A stretch of DNA of 64,000 bases, from the sequence record NZ_CP044080.1; one strand, 5' to 3'. The position numbers and the translations under genes were made by a program. This DNA is from a plasmid. This document shows positions 1 through 9,483 of this stretch, piece by piece; the stretch's first letter is position 1, and the number at the start of each line of letters is the position of its first letter. The notes beneath the pieces were generated by a model. It saw nothing but the letters and a program-made list of their open reading frames with translations, was not told the DNA's origin and searched no databases.

Positions 1-958
1 CATCCGCGTCCTCGGAAATCAGCGCGAGCCATTCCTCGGCCGCCTCGGTCTGCGGCCGGATCGTGCGGTGGCCAAAGTCGATCAACCCTTCGGTCACGCC
101 ATAGCGGGCGGCGCGCCAGCGGTTTTCGGCCAGCAGGAAGTTGTCGTATTGCCGCCAGCGGATGTTGCGCCGCGCCAGGCGCCACAGCATCCGTAGCGTC
201 GCCTGGATCAGGGCGGCCATGGTCAGCGCGTCGCGCAGGCGCGGGCAGGCGTCGCAGATCCGGGTTTCCAGCGTCGGGAATTTCGACGACGGGCGCAGGT
301 CCCACCAGATCTTGCTGCTGTCCTCGATGATGTCCAGATCGATCAGGGCGCCGACCATGCGGTCGTATTCCTCCCATCCCGTCAACTGGGGCGGCAGGCC
401 GGTGCGGGGATAGCCGCCAAAGACCGTCGTTCGATACGAGGCCATGCCGCTGTCCTGCCCTTGCCAGAACGGGCTTGATGCCGAGAGGGCCAGCAGATGC
501 GGCAGGAAATAGGTCATCTGGTTCATCAGGTCGATGCGCAGGGCCTGGTCGGGAATGCCGACATGGACATGCATGCCGCAAATCAGCATGCGCCGGGCCA
601 TGCCTGCCATTTCCTGTGACAGCTGGTTGTAGCGGTCCTTGTCGGTATGGACCTGGTCGCGCCAGTCCGCCGCCGGGTGGCAGCCGGCCGAGATCGGTGC
701 CAGCCCGAATTCCGCCGCATGATCCGCGATCGAGCGGCGCAGCCGCGCCAGGTGGTCGCGCGCCTCGGCGATATTGGCGGAGACGGGGGTACCGATCTCG
801 ATCTGGCAGCGCAGGTATTCGGGGCTGACCTGATCCTTGAGATCCTGCTTGCAGGCGGCCATCAGCGCATCCGGGGCCGAGGCCAGGGCGCCGGTTTCGG
901 CATCGACCAGCAGATATTCCTCTTCGATCCCAAGCGAAAACGGTATGTCGTCGTCCAT
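1..958 (-). CDS. ybdK: Carboxylate-amine ligase, YbdK / glutamate-cysteine ligase family 2. The 3' end lies beyond the window start. N-terminus [19 protein letters not shown].
   Basis: Reverse-complement translation from the ATG at 958-956 gives the typical GCS2/YbdK N-terminal motif (GIEEEY). No stop codon before the window edge. RBS AAAGG upstream. Confidence 0.75.
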   Translation of the reverse strand, partial: MDDDIPFSLGIEEEYLLVDAETGALASAPDALMAACKQDLKDQVSPEYLRCQIEIGTPVSANIAEARDHLARLRRSIADHAAEFGLAPISAGCHPAADWRDQVHTDKDRYNQLSQEMAGMARRMLICGMHVHVGIPDQALRIDLMNQMTYFLPHLLALSASSPFWQGQDSGMASYRTTVFGGYPRTGLPPQLTGWEEYDRMVGALIDLDIIEDSSKIWWDLRPSSKFPTLETRICDACPRLRDALTMAALIQATLRMLWRLARRNIRWRQYDNFLLAENRWRAARYGVTEGLIDFGHRTIRPQTEAAEEWLALISEDAD

Positions 959-1023
959 CGGTCTGCCTTTCTGCATGTCGCGGGGGAAACCCGCGGGCGG
1001 GCCGCGCCGTTCCGCACGGCTGA

Positions 1024-1051
1024 TTGACAGTATACTTACTAATAGTATACT
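1024..1051 (+). promoter_or_regulatory. Sigma70-like promoter TTGACA-16-TATACT overlapped by two direct copies of AGTATACTTA. Each copy contains the 8-bp palindrome AGTATACT. Probable MarR operator.
   Basis: TTGACA at 1024-1029 and TATACT at 1046-1051. Palindromes at 1029-1036 and 1044-1051. Sits 40 bp upstream of the RBS of the monooxygenase gene; a marR gene follows that gene. Confidence 0.45.
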
Positions 1052-1091
1052 TATCAATTGCGGCCTCGTGCCGATTCCTTGGGAGGATGCG

Positions 1092-2966
1092 ATGCAATTT
1101 CACCTGAACGGCTTTCGCGCCGGCGATCCGGCGATTCATGACCTCGTCCCCGCTGCCGGTGGCAGCGATGTCGATGTGCTGATCGTGGGCTGCGGCCCGG
1201 CTGGCCTGACCCTTGCCGCCCAGCTTGCGGCATTCCCCGAGATCCGCACCCGGATCGTCGAGCAGAAGGCCGGGCCCCTGGCCCTGGGCCAGGCCGACGG
1301 CATCGCCTGCCGCACGATGGAGATGTTCAACGCCTTCGGCTTCGCCGACCGTGTCGAACGCGAGGCCTATTGGGTGAACGAGACGACCTTCTGGAAGCCG
1401 GACGCCGACCGCCGCATCGTCCGCCACGGCCGCATTCCCGACACCGAGGAGGGGCTGTCGGAATTTCCCCATGTCATCCTGAACCAGGCCCGGGTGCATG
1501 ACTTCTACCTTAAGCGGATGCGGAACGCGCCGACCCGGCTGGAACCCGGCTACGGCCTGCGACTGCTCGACCTGACCGTTCCCGAGGACCCCTCGGCGCC
1601 GGTGACGGTGCGCCTGCAACCTGTGGACGCGACCGGCGACGAGGGGATCCAGACCGTTCGCGCGCGCTATGTCGTCGGTTGCGACGGCGCCCGCAGCAAT
1701 GTCCGCCGCGCCATCGGCCGCGAGTTGCAGGGCGATTCGGCCAACCAGGCCTGGGGCGTCATGGATGTCCTGGCCTATACCGACTTTCCCGACATCCGCC
1801 TGAAAAGCGCGATCCATTCCGCCAATGACGGCAATATTCTGATCATTCCGCGCGAGGGCGGCTATCTGGTGCGGCTGTATGTCGAACTGGACAAGCTGGC
1901 CGCCGACGAGCGCGTGGCCTCGAAAAACATCACCATCGAACAGCTGATCGCCGCCGCGCAGCGCATCCTGCACCCCTATGTGCTGGAGGTGCGCGAGGTC
2001 GCCTGGTGGTCCGTCTACGAGATCGGCCAGCGCCTGACCGACAAGTTCGACGACGTGCCCGAGGGGCTTGAGGCCGAGCGGCTGCCGCGCGTCTTCATCG
2101 CCGGGGATGCCTGCCACACCCACAGCCCCAAGGCGGGGCAGGGGATGAACGTGTCGATGCAGGACACGTTCAACCTGGGCTGGAAGCTGGCCGCCGTGCT
2201 GCGCGGACTGGCCGAGCCCGGCCTGTTGCACAGCTATTCCGCCGAGCGCCGCGCCATTGCGCAGGAGCTGATCGACTTCGACCGCGAATTCGCCAAGATG
2301 TTCAGCGCCAAGCCCAAGACCGACGCGGACCCGGACGGTGTCGACCCGGCCGAATTCCAGCGCTATTTCATCAAGCAGGGCCGCTTTACGGCGGGCACCG
2401 CGACGCGCTATCGGCCCTCGGTGCTGACCGGCGACGGGGCGCATCAGGACCTGGCGCGGGGCTTCCCGGTCGGCATGCGGTTCCATTCCGCGCCGGTGAT
2501 CCGGCTGGCCGACGCCAAGCCCATGCATCTGGGCCATGTGCACGAGGCCGATGGCCGCTGGCGGCTATATCTGTTCGCCGGAGAGGATGGGCTGGGCGGC
2601 GAATTCGCGCGTCTGTGCGACTGGCTTGCGGGGCCGGACAGCCCGGTTGCGCGCCATACCCCCCAGGGCGCGGACCGGGACGCCGTGCTGGATATCCGCG
2701 CCGTGCTGCAGCAATCGCACCAGTCCCTGTCGATGGACGACCTGCCTGCCATCCTGTGGCCGGAAAAGGGCCGCTATGGGCTGAAGGATTATGAAAAGGC
2801 TTTTTGCGCGGACCCGGCGGCGGACATCCATGCCATGCGCGGCATCGACCGGGCACGGGGCTGCATGGTGCTGGTCCGTCCCGACCAGTATGTCGCGCAG
2901 GTCCTGCCGCTGGACGCCCGCGCCGCGCTGTCGGATTACTGTGCGGGGGTGATGCGTGCGGTTTGA
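1092..2966 (+). CDS. FAD-dependent aromatic-ring monooxygenase, phenol / 3-hydroxybenzoate hydroxylase (PheA/TfdB) family, with a C-terminal thioredoxin-like domain.
   Basis: GxGxxG dinucleotide fold at the N-terminus ([14 protein letters not shown]). DG and GD motifs ([29 protein letters not shown]). About 620 aa. GGAGG RBS at 1083. Confidence 0.8.
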   Translation: MQFHLNGFRAGDPAIHDLVPAAGGSDVDVLIVGCGPAGLTLAAQLAAFPEIRTRIVEQKAGPLALGQADGIACRTMEMFNAFGFADRVEREAYWVNETTFWKPDADRRIVRHGRIPDTEEGLSEFPHVILNQARVHDFYLKRMRNAPTRLEPGYGLRLLDLTVPEDPSAPVTVRLQPVDATGDEGIQTVRARYVVGCDGARSNVRRAIGRELQGDSANQAWGVMDVLAYTDFPDIRLKSAIHSANDGNILIIPREGGYLVRLYVELDKLAADERVASKNITIEQLIAAAQRILHPYVLEVREVAWWSVYEIGQRLTDKFDDVPEGLEAERLPRVFIAGDACHTHSPKAGQGMNVSMQDTFNLGWKLAAVLRGLAEPGLLHSYSAERRAIAQELIDFDREFAKMFSAKPKTDADPDGVDPAEFQRYFIKQGRFTAGTATRYRPSVLTGDGAHQDLARGFPVGMRFHSAPVIRLADAKPMHLGHVHEADGRWRLYLFAGEDGLGGEFARLCDWLAGPDSPVARHTPQGADRDAVLDIRAVLQQSHQSLSMDDLPAILWPEKGRYGLKDYEKAFCADPAADIHAMRGIDRARGCMVLVRPDQYVAQVLPLDARAALSDYCAGVMRAV

Positions 2967-3006
2967 CCCTTGAGTCGGCCCTGCGCGGGGCCTTATCACC
3001 AAGGGC

Positions 3007-3483
3007 ATGAGCGATCTTCACACCATGCCGGGCCACCTGATCCGGCGGCTGCACCAGATCTCGGTCTCGCTGTTTGCCGCCCGCATGGCCGAGGCGGGAC
3101 TGGACCTGACCTCGGTGCAATATGCCGCACTGGTGACGGTCCGGGAAAACCCCGGGCTCGATCAGGCGACCCTGGCGGGGCTGATCGCCTATGACCGGGT
3201 GACCATCGGCGGCGTGGTCGAGCGGTTGGTGCAGAAGGGCCTGCTGCGGCGCGAGGTCAGCCCCCAGGACCGCCGCGCCCGGGTGCTGACGCTGACTCCG
3301 GCCGGTCAGGCCGTGCTTGAGACGGCCGACCCCTGGGTTGGGCGCGTGCAGGCCGATATCCTGTCGGACCTGACCGAATCCGAGCGGGCGATCTTTACCG
3401 AACTGCTGCGGAAATCGACCGAGGCCGGCAATGACAAAAGCCGCGCTCCGCTGCGTCCAGCACGCGGCGGGGGCGAATCCTGA
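3007..3483 (+). CDS. MarR-family transcriptional regulator.
   Basis: Winged-HTH MarR pattern (LTSVQYAALVTVRENPGLDQATLAGLIAYDRVTIGGVVERLVQKGLLRR). Co-directional with, and 40 bp after, the monooxygenase gene. Confidence 0.8.
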   Translation: MSDLHTMPGHLIRRLHQISVSLFAARMAEAGLDLTSVQYAALVTVRENPGLDQATLAGLIAYDRVTIGGVVERLVQKGLLRREVSPQDRRARVLTLTPAGQAVLETADPWVGRVQADILSDLTESERAIFTELLRKSTEAGNDKSRAPLRPARGGGES

Positions 3484-3606
3484 GCGAGAAAGCCGTCTAG
3501 TTTCATCAAGCTAAGACCAGGAAAGCCCTCCGAGAAAACACGTCTTGATTTATCGTGTTTTTGTGCCACTCTGGCCCCGTATCGCGGCGAAGAGGAGGCA
3601 GAGCCG

Positions 3607-4335
3607 ATGCAGCGACAGTTTCCCCGGTTGCGCGTCACGGGTCCGCAGGATTGCGCGGTGGCGCAAGGCGCCCGGCTTGCCCTGGCCCTGCGCGGCTGGC
3701 CGACCGGCGCCGCCGGGCAGGCCCAGGCCACGCGCCTGCTGGTCGAATCCCAGCCCGACGTGATCCTGACGATCGAGGACCCCGCCGCGATGATCGAGCT
3801 GATCGAGGATCTGCACCCCGGCCATCCCCTGCACCCCCGCGACCCCGCCGCCCGGGCGCGGCACCGCGAGTTGATCGCGCTGGTCGGCGCGGCGCGGGCC
3901 GAGTTGGGGCGGGTGACGGCGGCGCGGAACCTGCGCGATCTCGACATCGCGGTCTTTGCGCTGCGCGAGACGCTGGCGCGGCTGGACCGGGGGATCGCGG
4001 GCGAGACCGGGGTCGCGCTGACCAACCTCGACCTGGTGCTGGCGCCGGTGCTGTGGCGCGCGGCGATCCTGGACCGGCGCTTCGGCCTGCATCTGGGCGA
4101 CGGGCTGGCCGCCTGCCGGACGCGCATCGCGCAGGCCTATGGGCAGCCGCCGGTGCGGGCGATGCTGGACCGCGCGGCGGGGCGGCGCTTTCTGGACGGG
4201 TTGGACCCGCGGGCGGCGCTGTTCGATCTGGCGGGGGCCGCGGCGGAATGGCAGCGCGCCTTTGCCGACCTGCGCGCGCGCGTCCTGCCCTTTGCCCCGC
4301 CAGCCCCGCCCGCCCGCGCCGGGCGGCGCGGCTGA
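3607..4335 (+). CDS. Glutathione S-transferase-like protein.
   Basis: GST N-terminal thioredoxin-like signature (ILTIEDPAAMIELIEDLHPGHPLHPRDPAARARHREL). GAGGAGG RBS. Confidence 0.5.
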   Translation: MQRQFPRLRVTGPQDCAVAQGARLALALRGWPTGAAGQAQATRLLVESQPDVILTIEDPAAMIELIEDLHPGHPLHPRDPAARARHRELIALVGAARAELGRVTAARNLRDLDIAVFALRETLARLDRGIAGETGVALTNLDLVLAPVLWRAAILDRRFGLHLGDGLAACRTRIAQAYGQPPVRAMLDRAAGRRFLDGLDPRAALFDLAGAAAEWQRAFADLRARVLPFAPPAPPARAGRRG

Positions 4336-4360
4336 GCCGCCCTTGGCACGACAGCCGCCG

Positions 4361-5287
4361 ATGGACGGCCTGCCCCCGCGCGACGCACCCGAGGACCTGG
4401 ACCTGGGCCAGGTTGCCGAACAGCTGCGCCTGCTGCGGCTGGTGTCCCAGCAGCGCCGCTATGCCGGGCGCCCGGTCCCGCGCCTGCCGGTCCGGGCCGA
4501 GATCACCGACCTGCTGGCCGGCCTGATCGCGGCGCTTTACCCGCGCCACTACGGCCCCTCGGGACTGCCGCCCGATCGCACCGACGGCTATGTGGTGGCC
4601 TTGCTGCCGGCGCTGCGCGAACGCTTGGCCCGGCAGGTCGAACTGGAATTCCTGCTGACCGTCGATGCCGAGCCCGCCGACTGCCATGACCGCGCCCGCC
4701 AGACAGCCGACCGGGTGATGGGCGCCCTGCCGCGCATCCGCGACCTGCACGACACCGACATCGCTGCCGCCTATGCCGGCGATCCCTCGGCCAAAAGCCT
4801 GGACGAGATCGTGTTCTGCTATCCCGGGGTCGCCGCCGCCTTGCGGCACCGCATCGCGCACGAACTGTACGGAGCCGGGGCGACCATGATCGCCCGCATC
4901 ATGGCCGAGCATTCCCATTCCGTGACCGGCATCGACATCCATCCCGGCGCGCGGATCGGTCCGGCCTGCTTCATCGACCATGGCACCGGGGTCGTCATCG
5001 GGGAAACGGCGGTGATCGGGCGGAACGTACGGCTTTACCAGCAGGTGACGCTGGGTGCGAAGCGCTTCGAGGAGGCGGGCGACGGCTCGCTGGTCAAGGG
5101 CCAGCCGCGCCATCCGGTGATCGGCGACGATGTGGTGATCTATGCGGGCGCGACGATCCTGGGCCGCATCACCATCGGCCGGGGCGCGGTGATCGGGGGC
5201 GGGGTCTGGCTGACCCAGTCGGTCGCGCCGGGAACCGTGGTGACGCAGGCGCGCCCCAAGCTGGACAGCCTGCCCGCGCCGGACTGA
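4361..5287 (+). CDS. cysE: Serine O-acetyltransferase.
   Basis: SATase N-terminal helical region plus a left-handed beta-helix hexapeptide region (GIDIHPGARIGPACFIDHGTGVVIGETAVIG...GDDVVIYAGATILG). In-frame ATG at 4361 immediately after the upstream stop. Confidence 0.8.
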   Translation: MDGLPPRDAPEDLDLGQVAEQLRLLRLVSQQRRYAGRPVPRLPVRAEITDLLAGLIAALYPRHYGPSGLPPDRTDGYVVALLPALRERLARQVELEFLLTVDAEPADCHDRARQTADRVMGALPRIRDLHDTDIAAAYAGDPSAKSLDEIVFCYPGVAAALRHRIAHELYGAGATMIARIMAEHSHSVTGIDIHPGARIGPACFIDHGTGVVIGETAVIGRNVRLYQQVTLGAKRFEEAGDGSLVKGQPRHPVIGDDVVIYAGATILGRITIGRGAVIGGGVWLTQSVAPGTVVTQARPKLDSLPAPD

Positions 5288-5668
5288 CGGGGCGGGCGAT
5301 AGAACGAGCCTTCTCAACGCCGTCGCAAAAGGCAAGGGAACTGCTGTCGCGGCGCACGATATAAAACGACCTTAGCTATCGTGATTTGGCGGCGGCTGAT
5401 AGGATTTCCTGGTCCGAACCCTTCGACCAGGAAAGGCAAGACCATGATCCGCGCCCTTTTCAGCCCGCTGCGCCTTGCCCCCCTGCCGTCGCGGCAGGCC
5501 GGAGCCCCGAAACCCCGCGAAGGGATGCCCTCGGGCCTGTGGACCCCGGCCGAGGCGCGCCCCGCCCTTTGGCCCGAGGCCGGGCTGCTTGCCGACCGCC
5601 ACCGCCCGCTTCCCCGCCACGCCGAACGCCGCCATTGGCTGTAGGCCCGCACAGGAAAGGTTTCGACG

Positions 5669-6853
5669 ATGAACCGCATTTCCGAAATCCTGCATGACGA
5701 GGGCCTGGCCGGGATCTATTCGCGGCTGCGCTATCCCAAGGGCCGCACGGCGACGCATGACCTGCCCCCCATCGCGGCACGGGTGCAGGTGATCGGCGGC
5801 GACGCGACGCTGGCCGCCAGCCTGCGGCAGATGCTGCGCATGGCCGGTCGGCCCACGCTGCCCGAAGGGCCGGCGCCGGGCACGACGCGGTTCCACATCG
5901 ACCCCGATTTCACCGCCGCAAGCCGGCATGACGAACGCGACGTGCTGATCCTGACCTCGCGCACGCGGGCGGATCTGGCGCAGGTGATCCTGCACGGCCG
6001 GGGCTGCCACGCGCTGATCGACACGGTGCCGACGCGGCTGGATGCGCTGATCGCCTCGGGCCTGCCGGCCGAGCGGCTGTTCCTGGCGGCCGAGGATGTC
6101 ACCGGCTTTCGCCGCGGCCTGTTCCGCTTTCTGGTGGCGGGCCGGGCGGTCGACCCCGATGCCATCGACTGGCGCAGCGTGATGCCGGAAATCGCCCCGG
6201 CGACGGTGCCGCGCCTGTGCCTTGGCCTGCCCGAGACGCCGGCCCGGCGCGCCTCGTTCCAGCGCCAGCCGGTGCAGGGGTTCCGCGTCTTCGACGGGCT
6301 GCGCTATGATCCCGGCTGGATCGGCGCGGCGCTGAGCTTTCGCACCATGGCGCGGGCCTGCCTGGACGCCGGCGCGCCCTGGGCCATCTTTTGCGAGGAC
6401 GACATGCTGGCCGCCCCGGAGTTCGAGGCCCGGCTGCAGGTCGTGCAGGATTATCTGCGCGGGGTCGAATGGGACGTGTTCTCGGGGCTCTCGACGCATG
6501 TGCGCGACGACTATGCCCTGCAAGGCGTGGCACGGTTCGGGAGCGAGACCTTCCTGCACCTGGACCGCACGGCGGGGATGGTCTTCAACATCTTCAACCG
6601 CCGCGCGCTGGAGTGGCTGGCGGACTGGCGCATGGACGACCACGGCGCCCGGCGCGTGACCATCGACCGCCACCTTGAGGCGATGCCCGGGATGCGGGTC
6701 GTGACCACGCGCGATTTCCTGGTCGATCACAGCGACCTCTTGTCCTCGACGGCCTGGGGGTTCAGCAACCGGCGCTATCGGTCGCTGATCGCGGCCAGCC
6801 AGCGGCGGTTGCAGGCCAAGGCGAAGCAGGCGCCGGAGGGCGCCATCGCCTAG
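5669..6853 (+). CDS. Putative glycosyltransferase. C-terminal GT25-like domain with an N-terminal domain of about 200 aa of unknown function.
   Basis: C-terminal half carries a GT25-like block (PGWIGAALSFRTMARACLDAGAPWAIFCEDDM). AGGAAAGG RBS. Adjacent to kps export genes. Confidence 0.55.
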   Translation: MNRISEILHDEGLAGIYSRLRYPKGRTATHDLPPIAARVQVIGGDATLAASLRQMLRMAGRPTLPEGPAPGTTRFHIDPDFTAASRHDERDVLILTSRTRADLAQVILHGRGCHALIDTVPTRLDALIASGLPAERLFLAAEDVTGFRRGLFRFLVAGRAVDPDAIDWRSVMPEIAPATVPRLCLGLPETPARRASFQRQPVQGFRVFDGLRYDPGWIGAALSFRTMARACLDAGAPWAIFCEDDMLAAPEFEARLQVVQDYLRGVEWDVFSGLSTHVRDDYALQGVARFGSETFLHLDRTAGMVFNIFNRRALEWLADWRMDDHGARRVTIDRHLEAMPGMRVVTTRDFLVDHSDLLSSTAWGFSNRRYRSLIAASQRRLQAKAKQAPEGAIA

Positions 6854-7641
6854 CGCAGCGCCAGGTCGCGGTGCCAGCGGTAAAGCAGCGCCAGACCGAC
6901 CTGGAACAGCACCGCCGCGACCAGCGCGACATAGACCGGCTGGACATATTCCGCGCGGTAGGTCGCATAGACCCCCGCGCGGTTCATGCCGATGATGTGG
7001 ACGATGGGGTTGAACCACAGCACGTTCGCAAAGCTCTGCGGCAGCGCGTCGAACGGGATGAAGACGCAGGACAGCAGGAACAGCGGCCGCGTCGCGATGG
7101 ACCAGACATTCGCCCACAGCGGAAAGCGCCGCATCAGGAAGCAGTTGGTGCAGCCGAGCCCCAGGCCCAGCCCCGCCGCCATGCAGAAGGCCGTGACGAT
7201 GCGGGGCAGGTCCATGATCGGCTCGACATTGTCGTAAAGGATGATGCCGGTCAGCACGATGGCAAAGACCAGCGCATGGACGACGCAGGCCAGCACGAAG
7301 CGCGCCGCGATGGCATCGACGAAGGTGACGCCGGGATAGAACAGCAGCTGCCTGGAAAAGCTCAGCGACTGGGCGATCTTGCGGCTGATGTCGAGCACCA
7401 TCAGGAACGGCAGCAGGCCCGTCGCATAGAACAGCGCAAAGCTGGACCCCATCGGCGGCACCCGCACCGCCAGCGAAAAGATCAGCGTCAGCAGCGCGAT
7501 GCCGCCCACCGGCTCCAGCACCGTCCACAGGAACCCGCCGGGCGAGCGGCCATGGGTGGTCGCCATCTCGCGAAAGACCAGCGCGGTGACGGTGCGCAGG
7601 CCGGGCGTACGGCCCAGGGGGTGGCGGCGCTCAGTCGTCAT
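6850..7641 (-). CDS. kpsM: Capsule polysaccharide export ABC transporter permease (ABC-2 type).
   Basis: Six-TM ABC-2 permease with a KpsM-like sequence. Translationally coupled to kpsT (overlap 7631-7641). Confidence 0.85.
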   Translation of the reverse strand: MTTERRHPLGRTPGLRTVTALVFREMATTHGRSPGGFLWTVLEPVGGIALLTLIFSLAVRVPPMGSSFALFYATGLLPFLMVLDISRKIAQSLSFSRQLLFYPGVTFVDAIAARFVLACVVHALVFAIVLTGIILYDNVEPIMDLPRIVTAFCMAAGLGLGLGCTNCFLMRRFPLWANVWSIATRPLFLLSCVFIPFDALPQSFANVLWFNPIVHIIGMNRAGVYATYRAEYVQPVYVALVAAVLFQVGLALLYRWHRDLALR

Positions 7642-8311
7642 CGTCGTCCCCGGGCGCGGTGCCCATGTTGGCCTGGTGGACGGCGATGGCCTCGTTCACG
7701 TCGCTGTAATAGGTCAGCCGCCCCTGGTGCAGCACCGCGGCCGAGGTGCACAGCGCCCGCACCATGCTCATGGAATGGGACACCATGATGGCGCCGCTGT
7801 TCAGCAGGCGGTTGCGGAAGTAGGCCTTGCTTTTTTCCCGGAAATAGCCGTCGCCGACGCTGGTCACCTCGTCCACCAGATAGGTGTCGAAATGGATGCC
7901 CATCGAGACGCCGAAGGCCAGCCGCGACCGCATCCCCGAGGAATAATTGCGAAACGGCAGGTGCAGGTGGTGGCCCAGGTCGGAAAACCCGGCGACGAAA
8001 TCCAAGAGCGCCTCGGCATCCACGTCATAGACGCGGGCGATGAAGCGGGTGTTCTGCGCCCCGGTCAGGTCGGGATGGAAGCTGCCCGAAAAGCCCACCG
8101 GCCAGGACACGCTGCCGGTGGTCGCGACCCGGCCCCGGTCGGGGCGCACCACGCCGGCGATCATTCGCAGCAGGGTGGACTTGCCCGCGCCGTTGTGGCC
8201 CAGCAGCGCGATGGATTCCCGGCTGGGAAAGGTCACGGTCACGTCGCGCGCGACGATCGTGGTGCGGCCCTTGACCGTGAAGCTTTTCGACAGGTTCTCA
8301 AGCCGGATCAT
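7631..8311 (-). CDS. kpsT: Capsule polysaccharide export ABC transporter ATP-binding protein.
   Basis: Walker A GHNGAGKST, ABC signature YSSGMRSRL, Walker B LVDE. Start ATG at 8311 (MIRLENL). The larger annotated ORF upstream is an out-of-context extension. Confidence 0.85.
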   Translation of the reverse strand: MIRLENLSKSFTVKGRTTIVARDVTVTFPSRESIALLGHNGAGKSTLLRMIAGVVRPDRGRVATTGSVSWPVGFSGSFHPDLTGAQNTRFIARVYDVDAEALLDFVAGFSDLGHHLHLPFRNYSSGMRSRLAFGVSMGIHFDTYLVDEVTSVGDGYFREKSKAYFRNRLLNSGAIMVSHSMSMVRALCTSAAVLHQGRLTYYSDVNEAIAVHQANMGTAPGDDDDD

Positions 8312-9483
8312 GCCGTCCGGTCCCGGTTGCTGAGCGCGATCAGCACGGCGCTGAGCCAGGCGATGAAGATGAAGCAGGCCGCCAGTCCGATGATCATGGC
8401 ACGCCGCGGCCGGGTCGCGGTCTGCGGCAGGCCGGGCTGCACGAAGGTCGCAAGATAGCGGTTGTCCTGTTCGGCCTTCGAGCGCGCCGCCTCGACCCCC
8501 GCCAGCGCCAGGCTGTAGCTTTTCTCGGCCAGTTCCAGGTCCAGTTGCAGCTTGGTATAGCCGTCCAGCACCGCGCTGAAGCTGACGTCGCCCTTGGCGC
8601 CGGCGACATAGCCCTGGCGTTCCTCCTCGATCCGGCGGCGCAGCACGTCCACGCGCTTTTGCGCCTGGGTCAGGCGCACGTCGGCGGTGCCCTGTTCGCG
8701 CATGGTTTCCAGTTGCAGGATTGCCTCGGTCAGGTCCTGCGACAGGCTGGCCATCACCGCCGAGTTGATGTTGACGGCGGCCTGGGCGTCGATCAGCCGG
8801 TTTTCGTCGCGAAAGCGGGCGATGGCCAGGCGGGCCCGGGTCAGGCGCTGCTCCATCTCGGCCAGGTCGCGTTCGGCGTGCCGCAGGCTGTTTTCGCGCG
8901 CCTCGTCCGAGACTGTGTTGACCAGACGCCCCGCCGCCTGGTGGATGGCCTGCGCGATGCGCTGCGCATCGGCGGCGGCGAAGGCCCGCGCCTCGATGCC
9001 GATCATGCCGGTGGCGCTGTCCACGCTGATCGTGACCATGCGCCGCCAATAGGCGACCAGATCCTCAAGCGTGGCGCCGTCCTTCAGCGCAAAGACCGGA
9101 TCGCCCGGCCGCGCAAAGATCGCGCGCAGGTCCAGCTCTGCGTCGATCATGCGCACGAAGCCGGGGCTGCGCAGATATTCGTAGAGCATCTTGGCGTCGG
9201 TCGTGGTGTTGCCGACCGAGGACAGGCCCAGACCCGCCAGCATGCCCATGTTCGGCGATTCGTCGTCGCGCACCACGAACGAGACTTCGGACACATACTG
9301 GTCGCGCGCGATGGCGACCATGTAGCCCCCGACCAGCAGCGTCGGCAGCAGGAACCCCAGCAGGAAGCTGGCCAGCACCAGGCTGTGCCCGCGCGTCCAG
9401 CGCGCCCGCGCGACCGGGGGCGGGATGCGCGGATTGGCCGAGCGGACCCGCGCGGGCGGGGCTGGCGCCTCGAGGTCCTTCAC
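8308..9483 (-). CDS. kpsE: Capsule polysaccharide export inner-membrane protein, KpsE / polysaccharide co-polymerase-like.
   Basis: N-terminal TM segment, long coiled-coil periplasmic region and C-terminal TM segment. Position between kpsT and the biosynthesis gene. ATGA overlap with the upstream gene. Confidence 0.8.
   Translation of the reverse strand: MKDLEAPAPPARVRSANPRIPPPVARARWTRGHSLVLASFLLGFLLPTLLVGGYMVAIARDQYVSEVSFVVRDDESPNMGMLAGLGLSSVGNTTTDAKMLYEYLRSPGFVRMIDAELDLRAIFARPGDPVFALKDGATLEDLVAYWRRMVTISVDSATGMIGIEARAFAAADAQRIAQAIHQAAGRLVNTVSDEARENSLRHAERDLAEMEQRLTRARLAIARFRDENRLIDAQAAVNINSAVMASLSQDLTEAILQLETMREQGTADVRLTQAQKRVDVLRRRIEEERQGYVAGAKGDVSFSAVLDGYTKLQLDLELAEKSYSLALAGVEAARSKAEQDNRYLATFVQPGLPQTATRPRRAMIIGLAACFIFIAWLSAVLIALSNRDRTA

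Noticed and set aside
3635-5335. Very long alternative-frame ORFs (for example 3635-5335 -, 5372-7528 -, 9606-11981 +, 12740-14959 -, 43793-48247 -, 50152-52650 -, 54659-58177 -) with Arg/Pro/Gly-rich translations.
   Set aside because: Typical stop-codon-poor shadow frames of about 67% GC DNA. They overlap well-supported genes on the other strand or frame and carry no motifs.
5443-5643. 66-aa Pro/Arg-rich ORF with an AGGAAAGG RBS upstream of the GT25-like gene.
   Set aside because: The composition looks like a GC-rich artefact. The same CAGGAAAGG appears again 200 bp later as the true RBS. No support beyond an ATG plus an SD-like sequence.
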